A stretch of DNA of 63,001 nucleotides, counting the filler, from Ministeria vibrans ATCC 50519 (Eukaryota; Protista; Filasterea), in assembly GCA_943704425.1 (NCBI GenBank). It is 6 parts of 6 records of this genome, joined end to end, with 100 filler letters (N's around TTAATTAATTAA, not from the genome) between each part and the next. Parts side by side here need not be neighbours in the genome. Positions count along the whole stretch, not along the records: positions 47,608 to 60,564 come from CALSCP010001193.1; positions 60,665 to 63,001 come from CALSCP010001164.1; 4 more parts are not named here. The stretch is one strand, 5' to 3'. How positions within the stretch are numbered: position 1 is the first letter of the stretch; each line of letters starts with the position of its first letter. The position numbers and the translations under genes were made by a program. The notes below the pieces were generated by a model, which was not told where the DNA came from, ran no database searches, and saw nothing but the letters and a program-made list of their open reading frames with translations. Below are positions 51,418-62,848 of this stretch, piece by piece.

Positions 51418-54400
51418 ATGCAATCTCTTGAGACGGAACACCGTCACTTGGGTACTCTTGTCGACGAGATCAATCGACGAGTCAGACAGCACGAATGGCC
51501 CGGCGACGAGTGGCAATGCCGCAAATGCGCTCACAAAAATCCATCGACGGCTCAGCGTTGCGCTCGTTGCCGTCTCGCCTCAAACGCCTTTCTCTGTCGC
51601 GTGTGCACACTGCCACGTGGCGCTCCCATCCAGTGTCCCGTGTGCGACACTCCAGCGGACGCGAGCGACTTTGCTACGGGCGCAACTTTGCCACTGCGCG
51701 TCCGAGAGCTCGTCGAGCGTGCTCACGCCGAGTACGATCGACTCACGGCGCTCCTTCGCTCAACAAGTCCGCCCGACGCCTCTACCATTGCGGACCTCAC
51801 CTGTGCACTTCGCGCCGATCTCGACGAGCTCGTTCCCAGCGACAAGACGCCCAACGTCGCAAATCAACAAACGTCGTCGCGTGCGTCCCTCGCCAGAACT
51901 CCGTCATCGGCCGCTGCAGCAACCTCGGCGCCATCAAGTACAATGGCTCGTTCTTCTGAGACCCTCTTGGACGCTGAGGCGGCCCGCGTCGTGCGTGTTG
52001 ACGAGCTGCAGCGTCGTTTCCTCGACGAGCTTCCTTCAGGTCACTTTGCAGGCACCATTGCTCGTCTGCGCGACGTCATGCTGCCCATCGACGACTTCCT
52101 GGCCTGGTTCACCAGCATTTTTAGCATTCCCGAGGCGCAGCAAGCTGCCTTCCGACGCAGCCTTGCCTCGACGGCAGTGTCGGCGGCGTCAAGCGGTGTG
52201 AGTGCGCGCCTGCAAGCAAGCGTCAAGCTCATGCTCAAAGGTGGTCACTATGCAGGCTATGAGCGTCTGCAGGCCATTGCTGACGAAGGAGCCGTGCCAG
52301 TCGATGTTCGCACCGACGCGAAGATCCTTGCGGGAGCCTGTCGCATTGCGTTGGGCGACGTACAGGACGCGGCAGGGGTGCGCGAAGCGGCACAGAACCC
52401 CCTTGCAAACACTGCCATTGCCAACTATGCGCTTATGTTGCTAGAGAAGGGTCTTGGCAACAACATGAGTGCTTGTGGCCATGCTGTTGCCTTTCTCATG
52501 GCGTGCATCACGGGCGAGTGGCCGCAGTGGGAGGACGACGCGCACGAGCTTGTCGAGCAGTGCGCTGCGAGTGTTGTTGAACATGCACGCGCCGCGACGG
52601 CGCGTGCCCCCGCAACTGCCGCAGGCGCAGCAACAGGGTCCGCGGCAGAGGCAGGCAGTAGTGCAAACATCACGTCCGCCGCCGCCACCACCGCCACCAC
52701 CAGTACCAATAGTGCCCAAGAGGCGCGCTGGTCGAGCATTCAGTCGTGTGCGTCGTCACAAGCAGAGCTCACGGCGCTGTGCCGTCTCATGTCCATGACA
52801 GGACTGGCCAACATCAAAGACCGTCTCATGGACATCTTTGAGCGCGTACAGATTCAACGCGAACAGGGCATTGGGTTTGACGACGTGTTCTTTCACGCAC
52901 GATTTGAAGGGAATCCAGGTGGGGCAACGAGTGAAATTATCCAATCTTTTAATTCTGTTGTGTGTGTCGTTGTGTTGTGTTTTTTTATTTTATTTTTTTA
53001 TATAGGCACTGGAAAGACTACCGTTGCGCGGATTTATGCAGACTTTCTGAAAGAGGTTGGGATTCTACCGGGCGCAGCAGTGGAGATGACGACAGGAGCC
53101 AAATTGCGAGGAGGCGGAGAGAAGGCACTGAAGGAGCACTTGAAGAAGATTGAGAGTGCTGGCGGTGGAATCCTGTTTGTCGATGAAGCGTACCAGCTGG
53201 TGCCACACAGTGGCGGGGGAGGGCAGGAAGACGCACCCGAGCTGGACCGACTGTTGACGGAGATGGAAGACTGTAAAGGCAAGATGGTGGTTGTCCTGGC
53301 GGGCTATGTCAGCGACATGGAGTCTCTTTTCAACTACAATCCCGGTTTGCCGTCACGTTTCCCGTACAACTTTCACGTAACACACAAAAAAAAAACACCA
53401 ACAGCTTTTTATTTTCATCTTGCTAATGGCTTTGTATAGTTTGCGGACTATAGCGACGAAGAGCTGCTGAGCATGCTGAAAGGTCGACTTAGGGTAGGTG
53501 GCAAGACGTTTCGGTTTGCGGACGAGCGACACGCGCGTATTGCGATCCGACGGATTGCACAGGCGCGGGGCACGCCGGGCTTTGGCAATGGGCGGGCAGT
53601 GCGGAACCTGTTGCAGCGGGCGCAGGACCGACAGGCTGCGCGAATTGCGCTTGAGAAGCGCAATGGAGCACAGTCGTATGACATTATGGTGTTTGAGCGT
53701 GACGATGTGTTGGGTGCGAGGGTAAGCAAGGCCGACATGCTCGCCAGCTCGACCGCTTATCAGGAACTGCAGCGCATGGAGGGCCTCGACTCGGTCAAGG
53801 AGGCTGTCGACAATCTCATCGATCTTGTCGCTCTTAATGCTGATCTTGAAGAGCGCGAAGAGCCCCTGCAACAGGTCAGTCTTAACCGTTTGTTTCTGGG
53901 CAATCCCGGCACAGGTAAGGAAAGTTTTTTTTTCGTTTTTTTTTGTTTTTTGTTGTTGTTTTGATTTCGGGTATTGCAGGTAAAACGACGGTGGCACAGT
54001 TGTATGGGGGCATTTTGCGTGACGTTGGACTGTTGAGCAACGGTGAGGTGGTGATGAAGAAGGCATCGGACTTTGTGGGGACTGTGATTGGGGCGTCGGC
54101 TGATCAGACGCGTAAGATTGTGGAAGGAGCAATGGGAAAGGTGTTGGTGATAGACGAAGCGCACACGTTGTACAGTGGCGGGTCGGGTGTGGGACTGGCG
54201 GGCAAGAATGATCCGTTCAAGGATGACGTCATTGACACGATGGTAGAACGTGTGCGAGGGGTGCCTGGCGAAGATCGTGCGGTGTTGCTTGTGGGACTGC
54301 GCGCCAACACGGAGCGAATGCTCGAGGCGGTGAATCCGGGCCTCAAGCAGCGCTTTGACTTGCGCAACGCCTTCATCTTTGACGACTACAACAACGACGC

Positions 54401-56109
54401 GCTTTTTCGCATTCTGTCCAATCGAGCTCAAGAGGAAGGGCTCCAACTGGACTTTGCGGCGAAACAAGCGGCAATTGCGCACTTGGCACAGGAACGCAAG
54501 TTGCCCAACTTTGGCAATGCGACCGCCGTGGCAAATCTGTTGTCGCGTGCCAAGACGCGCATGCGTGGCCGTGCACGGGCACTGCAAACCGCATCGTCTT
54601 CGACACCCGTCTCGATGATTGCCGAGGATTTTGCCAATGCGGATGCGGCCGAGAGTGAGGCAGCAGATGCGCAGCGACGCGACGCGGCGGATTTGTTGAG
54701 TGACGAAGTGGTGGCGCACCTGACCAAGCTGCGGGGCGGCATTGCCATGGCTAAGAAGAAGGGACTGTCGATTGCCGAGGCGACCGGTAGTCTTGGCTAT
54801 CGGTTTGTGGGCAGTCCGGGCACCGGCAAGACAACGGTGGCGCGTCAGATGGGACGCGAGTTGTACGCGGCAGGTGCCATCGCGAGCAACGATGTGTTTG
54901 TCGAGGTGACCGCCAAGGACTTGCTGACAGGCTATGCGCAACAGGCGGCTATCAAAACGGAGGAGACGTTCAGTCGTGCCCTGGGCGGAGTGTTGTTCAT
55001 CGACGAGGCGTATGCGCTGATTCCCCACAAGGAGGTGGTAGACGCACTGGTGCAGGCACTGACGCTGCCTAAGTTTCACGGGAACATGGCGGTGATTCTG
55101 GCGGGCTACGAGACCGACATGGCTGCCCTGCTGCGCATCAATTCGGGTCTGGACAGCCGTGTGCCTACGGTGGTGCGCTTTCCCGACTGGAGCAGCGAGA
55201 AGGCTTCGAAGGTGTTTACGTCGCTGATGCAGTCGCGTTTTGACGTGCGTCTGGGTGTTGAGGCAGAGACGGCATTGCCGCGCGTGATGGACGAGCTTAT
55301 TCGTGCGCCCGCTTGGGCTAACGGACGCGACGTGGTCGAGTATGCGCGACACGTCTTCCAGAGCTACGGAGTGCGTACGATGGAGGAGCCGTCGTCAAGT
55401 GATCTTTTGAGCGAATCGGATCTGCGTGAGCCACTGCGCGAGATAATTGCGACCAAACTGGCTACGGGCGATGCGACATCGAGTGCGGTGGAGCGAGCGG
55501 CACTGCTGCCGCCCATTGTGCCACTCCCGTCTGAGTCGGCGAATCAGGTGGAGGTACCGCAAGTGGCGTTGACCGATGCCAATGCGGCCGAGGTGGGAGG
55601 CGGAGGAGGTGAAGGAGATGATGAAGGGGAAGGGGCCATGGCTGTGGAACAGGAAGGGGCTCGCGTGTGGCCGTTGAATCTAACTGCGGATCGGGATGCG
55701 CCCGCCTTCACGTTTGACTCAAAGGAAGAGGAGCAGGCAGTGAACGATGCACTGGATGCCATGCAACTGAAGGGACCAGGGGCACGCGAGCGAGTGGAGC
55801 GGATCATGGGCGAAGGCGACGACGGTGAGCTGACAGGCGAGATGGTGGACGGACTTGCGGGACGTCTTAGTGGTGACGGGGCATCTGCACGTGCCGCTAT
55901 GATTGTCAAGCGCTGGAAGAAGTCGGTCATAGCCAGTACCACTGATATCACCGACTATGCCAAAGGTACAACACATACATTGTGAAGTAGAGAGACTTGG
56001 AGATATAGAGGAGGGAGAAAAAAGAAAAAGTAAAGTGATATAGAGGGAGGGGAGGGAGAAAGGAACAAAGTGATATAGAAGGAATGTATATGTGTGTGAC
56101 TGAAAAAAA

Positions 56110-56141
<32 letters not shown>

Positions 56142-56275
56142 TAGACAATCAAGTGCAGATTGTCGCCCAGAGACTACGACCGGTGTATCGGTGTCACGGG
56201 TGCGATGCGCTGTCGAACGAATGGGCTCCATGCTGGTACAAACCCTACCTGTGGAAGTACGAACCGGTTCCCTGA
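51418..56275 (+). CDS. RanBP2-type zinc finger + helical region + three tandem CbbX/SpoVK-type AAA+ domains
   Basis: WQCRKCAHKN..CARC; three Walker A (GNPGTGKT x2, GSPGTGKT) and Walker B (DEAYQL, DEAHTL, DEAYAL); NPGL.SRF; FGNGRAVRN; 4 GT-AG introns. Confidence 0.9.
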
Positions 56276-56350
56276 ACGAGGGTTAATAAGAGAATGATAC
56301 AGAATATTATTGTCTCTTTTTGGTTCGAGTGCGTTGGCGATAATTTCATA

Positions 56351-58471
56351 TTACAACCAATCATGATCGAGGCAAAGAGGACAGACAGCATAGACACGAG
56401 CATCGTGGACAAACTGAGAGTCTTGCTTGGCTGCAGCAGAGGGATCAGCGACCGCCTTGAGGACAGTACCGGTGCCGTGGCCCCAAGGGCAGGCGAGGGC
56501 GCGCGGATGGACTACGTCAGCGAGTGCCGTCTTGCGAAAGGTTGTGTCGGCAAGAATGGCGCCCGTGAGGATGGCACGCGTGAAATCGGTGCCGTAGAAG
56601 CGACACCCGGTAAGGTTTGCGTGTGAGAGGTCACGGCCAACAAGTGACGCGCGCGAGAGGTCCTGACCCGTAAGATTCGTGCGTACCAACGCGCGAGGCA
56701 TTCGCGTCCAGTCAATTTTAGAGGCGAGAAACGACGCGCCCTCGACAATCGCTTTGGACATGTTTGCGTCGCGGAGGTTTGCGCCGTCAAAGCACGCCTG
56801 AGACGCATCCGTTTTGTACAGGCTTGCATTCGCAAGGTTGCACTTGACAAAGCTAGCGCCACGCATGTCCTTGCTGGACAGGTCGACGCGCGAGAGATCG
56901 TGGCCGTCGAGCACAACGGCGGGAAGTGCACGGGGCATGCGGCTCCACTCCAGTGAGGCACCCACGAGAACCGCACGGGACAGGTCGCGCTCGGCCAGGT
57001 CGGCACATGTGAGGTCAAGGCCTGACAGGTTGACGCCGGCAAGAGCAGTGGGCATGTGAGCCCAGTCGATGTGTGCGCCCACGAGAGAGACATCTGTCAG
57101 GGTGGCACTGCCAAGCTGTGCCTCGCTCAGGTCAGCATGGTCCAGCTTGGCACCCGTCAGGTTGGTCGTGACACAGTGTGCTCGCGTGAGTGTGGCGCCA
57201 CGTAGGTCTGCATTGACGAGCGACACACCGTCGAGCGTGGCGTCGGTGAGATCAGCGCCGCGCAGGTCAGCGCCGTCGAGGCATGCGTCGGTAAGGTTGA
57301 CGCCACTGAGACGTGCACCGTTGAGATTGCATGGAAGTCCTTTGTACGACAGATCGATGCCCATCAGATGACAACCACGCAAGTCCATGCCGACAAGTGC
57401 CACGCGTTGGTTGGCGCACTGGAATCGTGCAATGAGGTTGAGCAGTTCGAGTTGGGACTGACAGGCGAGACCGACGGGGCGAGACAACTCGAAGGAGGTG
57501 GAGTCATCGGTAATGGCAGTGACTGTTGCGGCTGTTGACGGTAGTGATGCTGGTACAATGGGAGCAGTGGGTTGGGCGAGAAGTGCGTCGACGAGACGAT
57601 CGAGGTCAAGGAGACGCGCCGTCGCCAGAAGTTCGTTGTACGTGTCGATGCTGAGCGACGTAGGCACCACGTCCGTGCGGAGCCAGGCGACGATGAGGGG
57701 GAAGTGGGCAATGTCAAGAGAGAGCGGCGCGCCGTCCGTGTGGTCCTGAGCGATGAGAGCCAGCACAGAGTCGGGCTCCTTAAGGAGCGTCGCTTTGGAG
57801 ACGACGAAGTTGCGACCGTCGCAGCAAATGGTGATGCCGCTGCAGAGGTGCTGACACAGGGCGAGACGCGACTCGCGACGGGCGGCATATGCTTCGCGAC
57901 GCTGCCGTTCTTCGGCGGCGCGCCGTTCGCGCTCCTCTTGGGCAGCGCGGGCGGCACGCGCTTGGATTGCATCGGGACACTTTTCAAGATGGGCTGGCAG
58001 ATCGCGACGCGGCACGCTCGTCTGGCAATCGGGGCATTGGGAGGGGGCAAAGTCGCATGCGTCACTGGCATGCTTCAGCGCATCGCTGCTGGACGCGACA
58101 AAGTTGCAGCCGGCACGGCGATGGCGGCAGGGGACGTGGGCGCAGTCGCGGTCGACGTGCGTAAACAACTGCTCGCGGACACCCGCCCACGCGCAGCCCG
58201 TCTTGCGGTTGCGGCAAAACACTGTGACAGACTCACTGAGCAGGTCTTTGAGCGTCTCGTCGACGTCGCGGATGTCCGTGGCGGGGTTCACAGCGACGGC
58301 GCAGACGGGACATGTTTTGGAGGCGCGAAGGTGGTGAGCGAGGCAGAAGGCACAAAACTTGTGTTTGCAGGAGAGCCGTCGGGGTTCCCACAGCGGCTCT
58401 TTGCACGTGCCACACAGGATGAGGGTGCTCAGAGACTCAACAGACACGTACTCGAAGCATTCCTTTTCCAT
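56351..58471 (-). CDS. Intronless RING + TRAF-type zinc fingers + KCTD-type BTB + pentapeptide-repeat protein
   Basis: CGTCKEPL..CKHKFCAFC..CPVC; CRN..GCAW..H..C; ITICCDGRNFVVSKATLLKEPDSVLA..F.LIVAWLR; long A(D/N)Lxx repeats. Confidence 0.9.
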   Translation of the reverse strand: MEKECFEYVSVESLSTLILCGTCKEPLWEPRRLSCKHKFCAFCLAHHLRASKTCPVCAVAVNPATDIRDVDETLKDLLSESVTVFCRNRKTGCAWAGVREQLFTHVDRDCAHVPCRHRRAGCNFVASSSDALKHASDACDFAPSQCPDCQTSVPRRDLPAHLEKCPDAIQARAARAAQEERERRAAEERQRREAYAARRESRLALCQHLCSGITICCDGRNFVVSKATLLKEPDSVLALIAQDHTDGAPLSLDIAHFPLIVAWLRTDVVPTSLSIDTYNELLATARLLDLDRLVDALLAQPTAPIVPASLPSTAATVTAITDDSTSFELSRPVGLACQSQLELLNLIARFQCANQRVALVGMDLRGCHLMGIDLSYKGLPCNLNGARLSGVNLTDACLDGADLRGADLTDATLDGVSLVNADLRGATLTRAHCVTTNLTGAKLDHADLSEAQLGSATLTDVSLVGAHIDWAHMPTALAGVNLSGLDLTCADLAERDLSRAVLVGASLEWSRMPRALPAVVLDGHDLSRVDLSSKDMRGASFVKCNLANASLYKTDASQACFDGANLRDANMSKAIVEGASFLASKIDWTRMPRALVRTNLTGQDLSRASLVGRDLSHANLTGCRFYGTDFTRAILTGAILADTTFRKTALADVVHPRALACPWGHGTGTVLKAVADPSAAAKQDSQFVHDARVYAVCPLCLDHDWL

Positions 58472-58644
58472 TATTGTGGTAATGAAGTGAGTAAATTATA
58501 TGAGTTTAGAGCACAAGTTTGTGATCCAGTTGGCAGTTTCAAATCACTGTTTGACAGACTGTAGCCTAAATACCGAGATGATTTAAAAGCAAAAAGAGAA
58601 CTGGACAGTGAGTGGACACTGTCACTGCTTGAAAATTGTGAATA

Positions 58645-58752
58645 TAGGAAAATAAATACAGAGCTGTACTCAATGTCAAAACAAAACTATATACAAAACA
58701 AAGAGCAGCACAATACTTCCGCCGTAGACTTCTAGACGAGAATGTCCAAAAT
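58645..58752 (+). repeat. Dispersed intergenic repeat, copy 4
   Basis: aggaaaataaa..agagctgtactcaatgtcaaaacaaaactatatacaaaacaaagagcagcacaatacttccgccgtagacttctagacgagaatgtcc. Confidence 0.88.
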
Positions 58753-58880
58753 GGGAATGTATTTTTCATTTCGTTCTGAGTTGGGAGTAAATGGCGCATT
58801 TGATCTGACTAAGAAGCTGCATGACGAGTTTGACTATGCAGAACACATTCTACGTGATCTACACGCCAAACTGGAGATAA

Positions 58881-58915
<35 letters not shown>

Positions 58916-59179
58916 TGGAGCACATAGCGCGCAACTCTTATACATGTTGTGTTTCACTTACGATCAGTTGCACTATGTCGTTCAGGCGCTGTTCAGAGAG
59001 CATCCCGCTGTGGCAAGTTCCGTGAGGACGTTCTTCCAGAACACAAAATGAAAATGAGATAACAATTGCGTGATGTGTGCCACAAAGTGACGGGAACCGC
59101 ACAGTTCATATTTTTAATTCGTTTCGTGCCACTAAGGCTTCAACGTAAACAGGGGTTTCAAATATATTATGTGACATTA

Positions 59180-60564
59180 TTAAAGAATAATACAGGTTGA
59201 TGTGTCGGTTGAAGGTGACGACTGAAGTGTCGAAAGTGCACGTGTGATAGCTTTGTTCCGTGGGTGTGAAGCGGGGAGTTTTGATTCGTATGTGCGCTTT
59301 GCTCGTTCAAAGAACGTACGAGCCTTAGGGGTGTCGCCTTGTGATCGGTGAAGATACCCAATATTTTCATATGTTTCGGCTGTGGACGGGTGGTCGGGAC
59401 CAACAGACTTCTCACAGATGGTCAGAGCACGCTCATAGTACTCAAGAGCACGACTGTAGTCTCCTTGTGCCCGAAACACAATGGCCATGTTGTTCAATGT
59501 CTGGCCTGTGGATGGGTGGTCGGGACCAACAGACTTCTCACGGATGGTCAGAGCACGCTCATAGTACTCAAGAGCACGACTGTAGTCTCCTTGTGCCTGG
59601 AACACACCAGCCATGTTGTTCAATGTGTCGCCTGTGGATGGGTGGTCGGGACCAACAGACTTCTCCTTAATGGTCAGAGCACGCTCATAGTACTCAAGAG
59701 CACGACTGTAGTCTCCTTGTGCCCGAAACACAATGGCCATGTTGTTCAATGTGTCGCCTGTGGATGGGTGGTCGGGACCAACAGACTTCTCACGGATGGT
59801 CAGAGCACGCTCATAGTACTCAAGAGCACGACTGTAGTCTCCTTGTGAATGGAACACAAGAGCCATGTTGTTCAATGTGTCGCCTGTGGATGGGTGGTCG
59901 GGACCAACAGACTTCTCCTTGATGGTCAGAGCACGCTCATAGTACTCAAGAGCACGACTGTAGTCTCCTTGTGCCCGAAACACAATGGCCATGTTGTTCA
60001 ATGTCTGGCCTGTGGATGGGTGCTCGGGACCAACAGACTTCTCCTTAATGGTCAGAGCACGCTCATAGTACTCAACAGCACGAGAGTACTGCCCCTGGTC
60101 GTCCAATACACTCGCCATCGTATGAAACGAATCCGCTGCAACCACAGACTCCTCATCTCCAACACACGCCATTCCCATCTCAATCCCTCGCATCGCCTCA
60201 TCAAACCTCCCATTCACTCCCCACAGCACCGACAGCCGTATTCCAAGCCTCACCACCTCATCATTTTTCCTTCCCTTCTTTACCATCCGCTCCAAACACT
60301 TCATCCCATGCACTCCAACCTCTCGACACCACTCCATCCCAGAGTATATCTTCTCCTCCTTATCAATCTCTTTCCGCAACGCCATTCCCACACGCATCAA
60401 TTCCTTCCACCGCTCCTCCTCATCATCAAACCCGGTCGCCCGACACACATCCTGCACCAGCTCGTGCACACTCACGCGTGTCCCTCCCCTCTTCAAAACA
60501 GACAGTCGACACAGAAACAAAAGCGCCACATCAAACTCATCCTCCTCTGCTCCCTCCTCTTCTT
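59180..60564 (-). CDS. NPHP3/kinesin-light-chain-type TPR array protein, probable NB-ARC-TPR C-terminus, ending in CaaX (CIIL); 5' part in gap
   Basis: SVHELVQDVCR winged-helix-like motif; 42-aa repeats GPDHPSTGxTLNNMA.VF..QGDYSRALEYYERALTI; terminal CIIL*. Confidence 0.85.
59380..60095 (-). repeat. 126-bp near-identical coding tandem repeats (about 5.5 units)
   Basis: Repeated gtcagagcacgctcatagtactcaagagcacgactgtagtctcc at 126-bp spacing. Confidence 0.95.
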
Positions 60565-60664
60565 NNNNNNNNNNNNNNNNNNNNNNNNNNNNNNNNNNNN
60601 NNNNNNNNTTAATTAATTAANNNNNNNNNNNNNNNNNNNNNNNNNNNNNNNNNNNNNNNNNNNN

Positions 60665-60712
<48 letters not shown>

Positions 60713-60872
60713 GGAGAAAGAAACAAAGTAATAGAGAGAGAGAGAGAGGAGAAAGAAACAAAGTGATAGAGAGAGAGAGAGAGGAGAAAGAAACAAATTG
60801 ATAGAGAGAGAGAGAAACAAGTGATACAGAGAAAGAAACAAAAGTGAAACAAAGAAGAGAGAAACAAACAAG
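60665..60872 (+). repeat. (GA)n plus AAACAAAGTGAT(AG)n minisatellite
   Basis: Direct reading. Confidence 0.85.
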
Positions 60873-61586
60873 TCAGCATATGATTCATAATTATTATGAT
60901 TCTGAGTTTCGAAGTGGTGACGGGAGCAAAAAAAAAAGAAGAAATGGGCAGGCAAGCAGGGAAGAAGCAACACCCTCTGTTCGGCAGTAGGAAGTGGGAA
61001 CAATACAGCAGTGAGAAAAAAGCGCGAACAAGAATGAAATGGCGGGAAACTCGTTTTCAGACGTGAACCGCAAGGGAGGGCAACAACGACAGCGGCGAGG
61101 GTCGAGAGGAGTAGCACGGGTGCCCAAGGCATGGGTTCGCAGAATGGAAAGGAGGGGCCGTGCACCGGCGCGAGCGGCGTGGGCAAGCGAACGTTTCAGT
61201 TCACTCCTGGCACATCACTCACAGAAGATATGTTCTCACAACTCTGGCACAGGGTACCGAGGGGCCATACAAAGCGATGGATGGCAAGAGAGGAGGAGCA
61301 GCAGGCGTGTGCGAGGCGAGAGAGAGCGCAACACCACCAAGTGCAACACTGGCAGCGACGCAGCAGCCCCGTACCCACGCATAGGCACAAACCACGAAGC
61401 AGAATCCATTCGGAAAGGTTTCATAGTCTTCATCATGAGAGAAACGCGTTGAAAACGAGTCACTCGAAGTGACAGTGGCAGTTTTTTTTAAAAATATAAC
61501 GAAAAAAAACGGAAGGTGTAAAACATAAGAGCAGTGAGAAAAGAGAAAGAGGGAGGGTGACGAGAGCAATTGGAGTCGTATGGTAC

Positions 61587-61689
61587 CTTCAATGAGACAC
61601 TTGACGGTGTTGCCCATTTTGGCAATATTCATATCAACAACGATTTCAAGACCGTCGTTGGACTTGAGCTTGACCTTGGCCTCAGACAT
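61587..61689 (-). CDS. SKP1-like first exon; downstream exons not found before the gap
   Basis: MSEAKVKLKSNDGLEIVVDMNIAKMGNTVKCLIE then a GT donor; matches the Skp1 N-terminus. Confidence 0.65.
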
Positions 61690-61895
61690 GTATGATCAGA
61701 TACGAAAGGGAGGGGAGAGACGAAACGAACGATTGGCGCAGAGATCAAATAAAGAAGACTGAAGAATGATCCAGAGACCAGACGGTTCACGGTTGACGAA
61801 TAGTCATCATTATAATCGCTGACGATTCCATTATGTATCTAAGGCTAAAGGCACACTGACTTTTCAATCGATTTTTTTTGTTTGTTTGATTTGTC

Positions 61896-62848
61896 ATGCT
61901 GAGGTGGTGGTGCCTCTCGCGGCCGACGAATGCGATCCTAAATCGTGTCCGTCGATCCAACTCGACAATTTCACGGCATGCCAGCGAACCCGTTGGATCG
62001 GAGGAATTTGCCGCTCTTTGGAACAAGACAGGCATCCCTGTGGACACACCTATGGGTAGGCGCTAGCACACGCACGCGATTTCAAACGGAAAACTGGATT
62101 AAAATGGGGTTTAACGTTCTTCCATCGCCTGTTTGCAGTTCTGAACGTGAGCGGCGGTGTCGACAGCATGGCCATGGCCTTCCTGATGCAGCGGCTGTTC
62201 GACAGCCAGCCCACGCCCGTCAAGCCCTCGCGCGCCGTTGTGTTTGACCATCAGCAGCGCGCCCAGACGGCCCACGACAACACTCGCGTCGCGGACATCT
62301 TGAAATCCGTCATTGGCATCTCCCACGTCGAGCTGCTCACGCTTGACCTGAAGCCCAACTCGTCGCAGGAAATGATGCGAAAGGCTCGCAGCCGAGCCAA
62401 CAGCGAGCTGGCAAGGAAGCATGGCAGTCGCTACTTGGTTACAGCCCATCACGCCGACGATCAGCTTGAAACGTTCGTTTTCCGCCTCGCTGCTGCCTCC
62501 TACTTGAACGGTCTCGGCGCCATGGAGATCGTTCGTGCTTCTCCTCGAGCATCCCTTGACGAGCCTCTTCTCTACACCATTCGTCCTCTGCTTGACATCC
62601 CAAAGGTATCTCAGCGCATGTTTTTCTGTGTGTGTCTCTCTCTAACATATTTCTCATTGTTTAGTCGCGTCTCATTGCCACATGCAAAGCACACAACATC
62701 GAATGGTTCGAAGATCCCTCCAACAAGATGACGTCCAAGTACCAGCGCAACCGTGTCCGCAAAGACCTCAGCGAACTGCCCACCCTCGACAACATTACCG
62801 CCCTCTTTACCTATATTAAGGACTACAAGGCAGCTGTCGATGTCAAAG
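61896..62848 (+). CDS. tilS: tRNA(Ile)-lysidine synthetase (TilS family), probable mitochondrial targeting; continues past window
   Basis: Arg/Ser-rich N-terminus; PP-loop SGGVDS, DH, TAHHADDQLET..RL, IRPLL, WFEDPSN, RNRVR. Confidence 0.88.

Noticed and set aside
53760-55352. 530-aa minus-strand ORF (also 57572-58564 on the plus strand)
   Set aside because: Antisense to well-supported GC-rich CDSs, with no motifs.
52800-55400. Rubisco activase CbbX or type VII secretion EccA function
   Set aside because: Family-level similarity only; no Rubisco or ESX context, and the triple-domain spliced architecture differs.
59341-60616. Plus-strand repetitive ORFs
   Set aside because: Antisense shadows of the TPR repeat gene.
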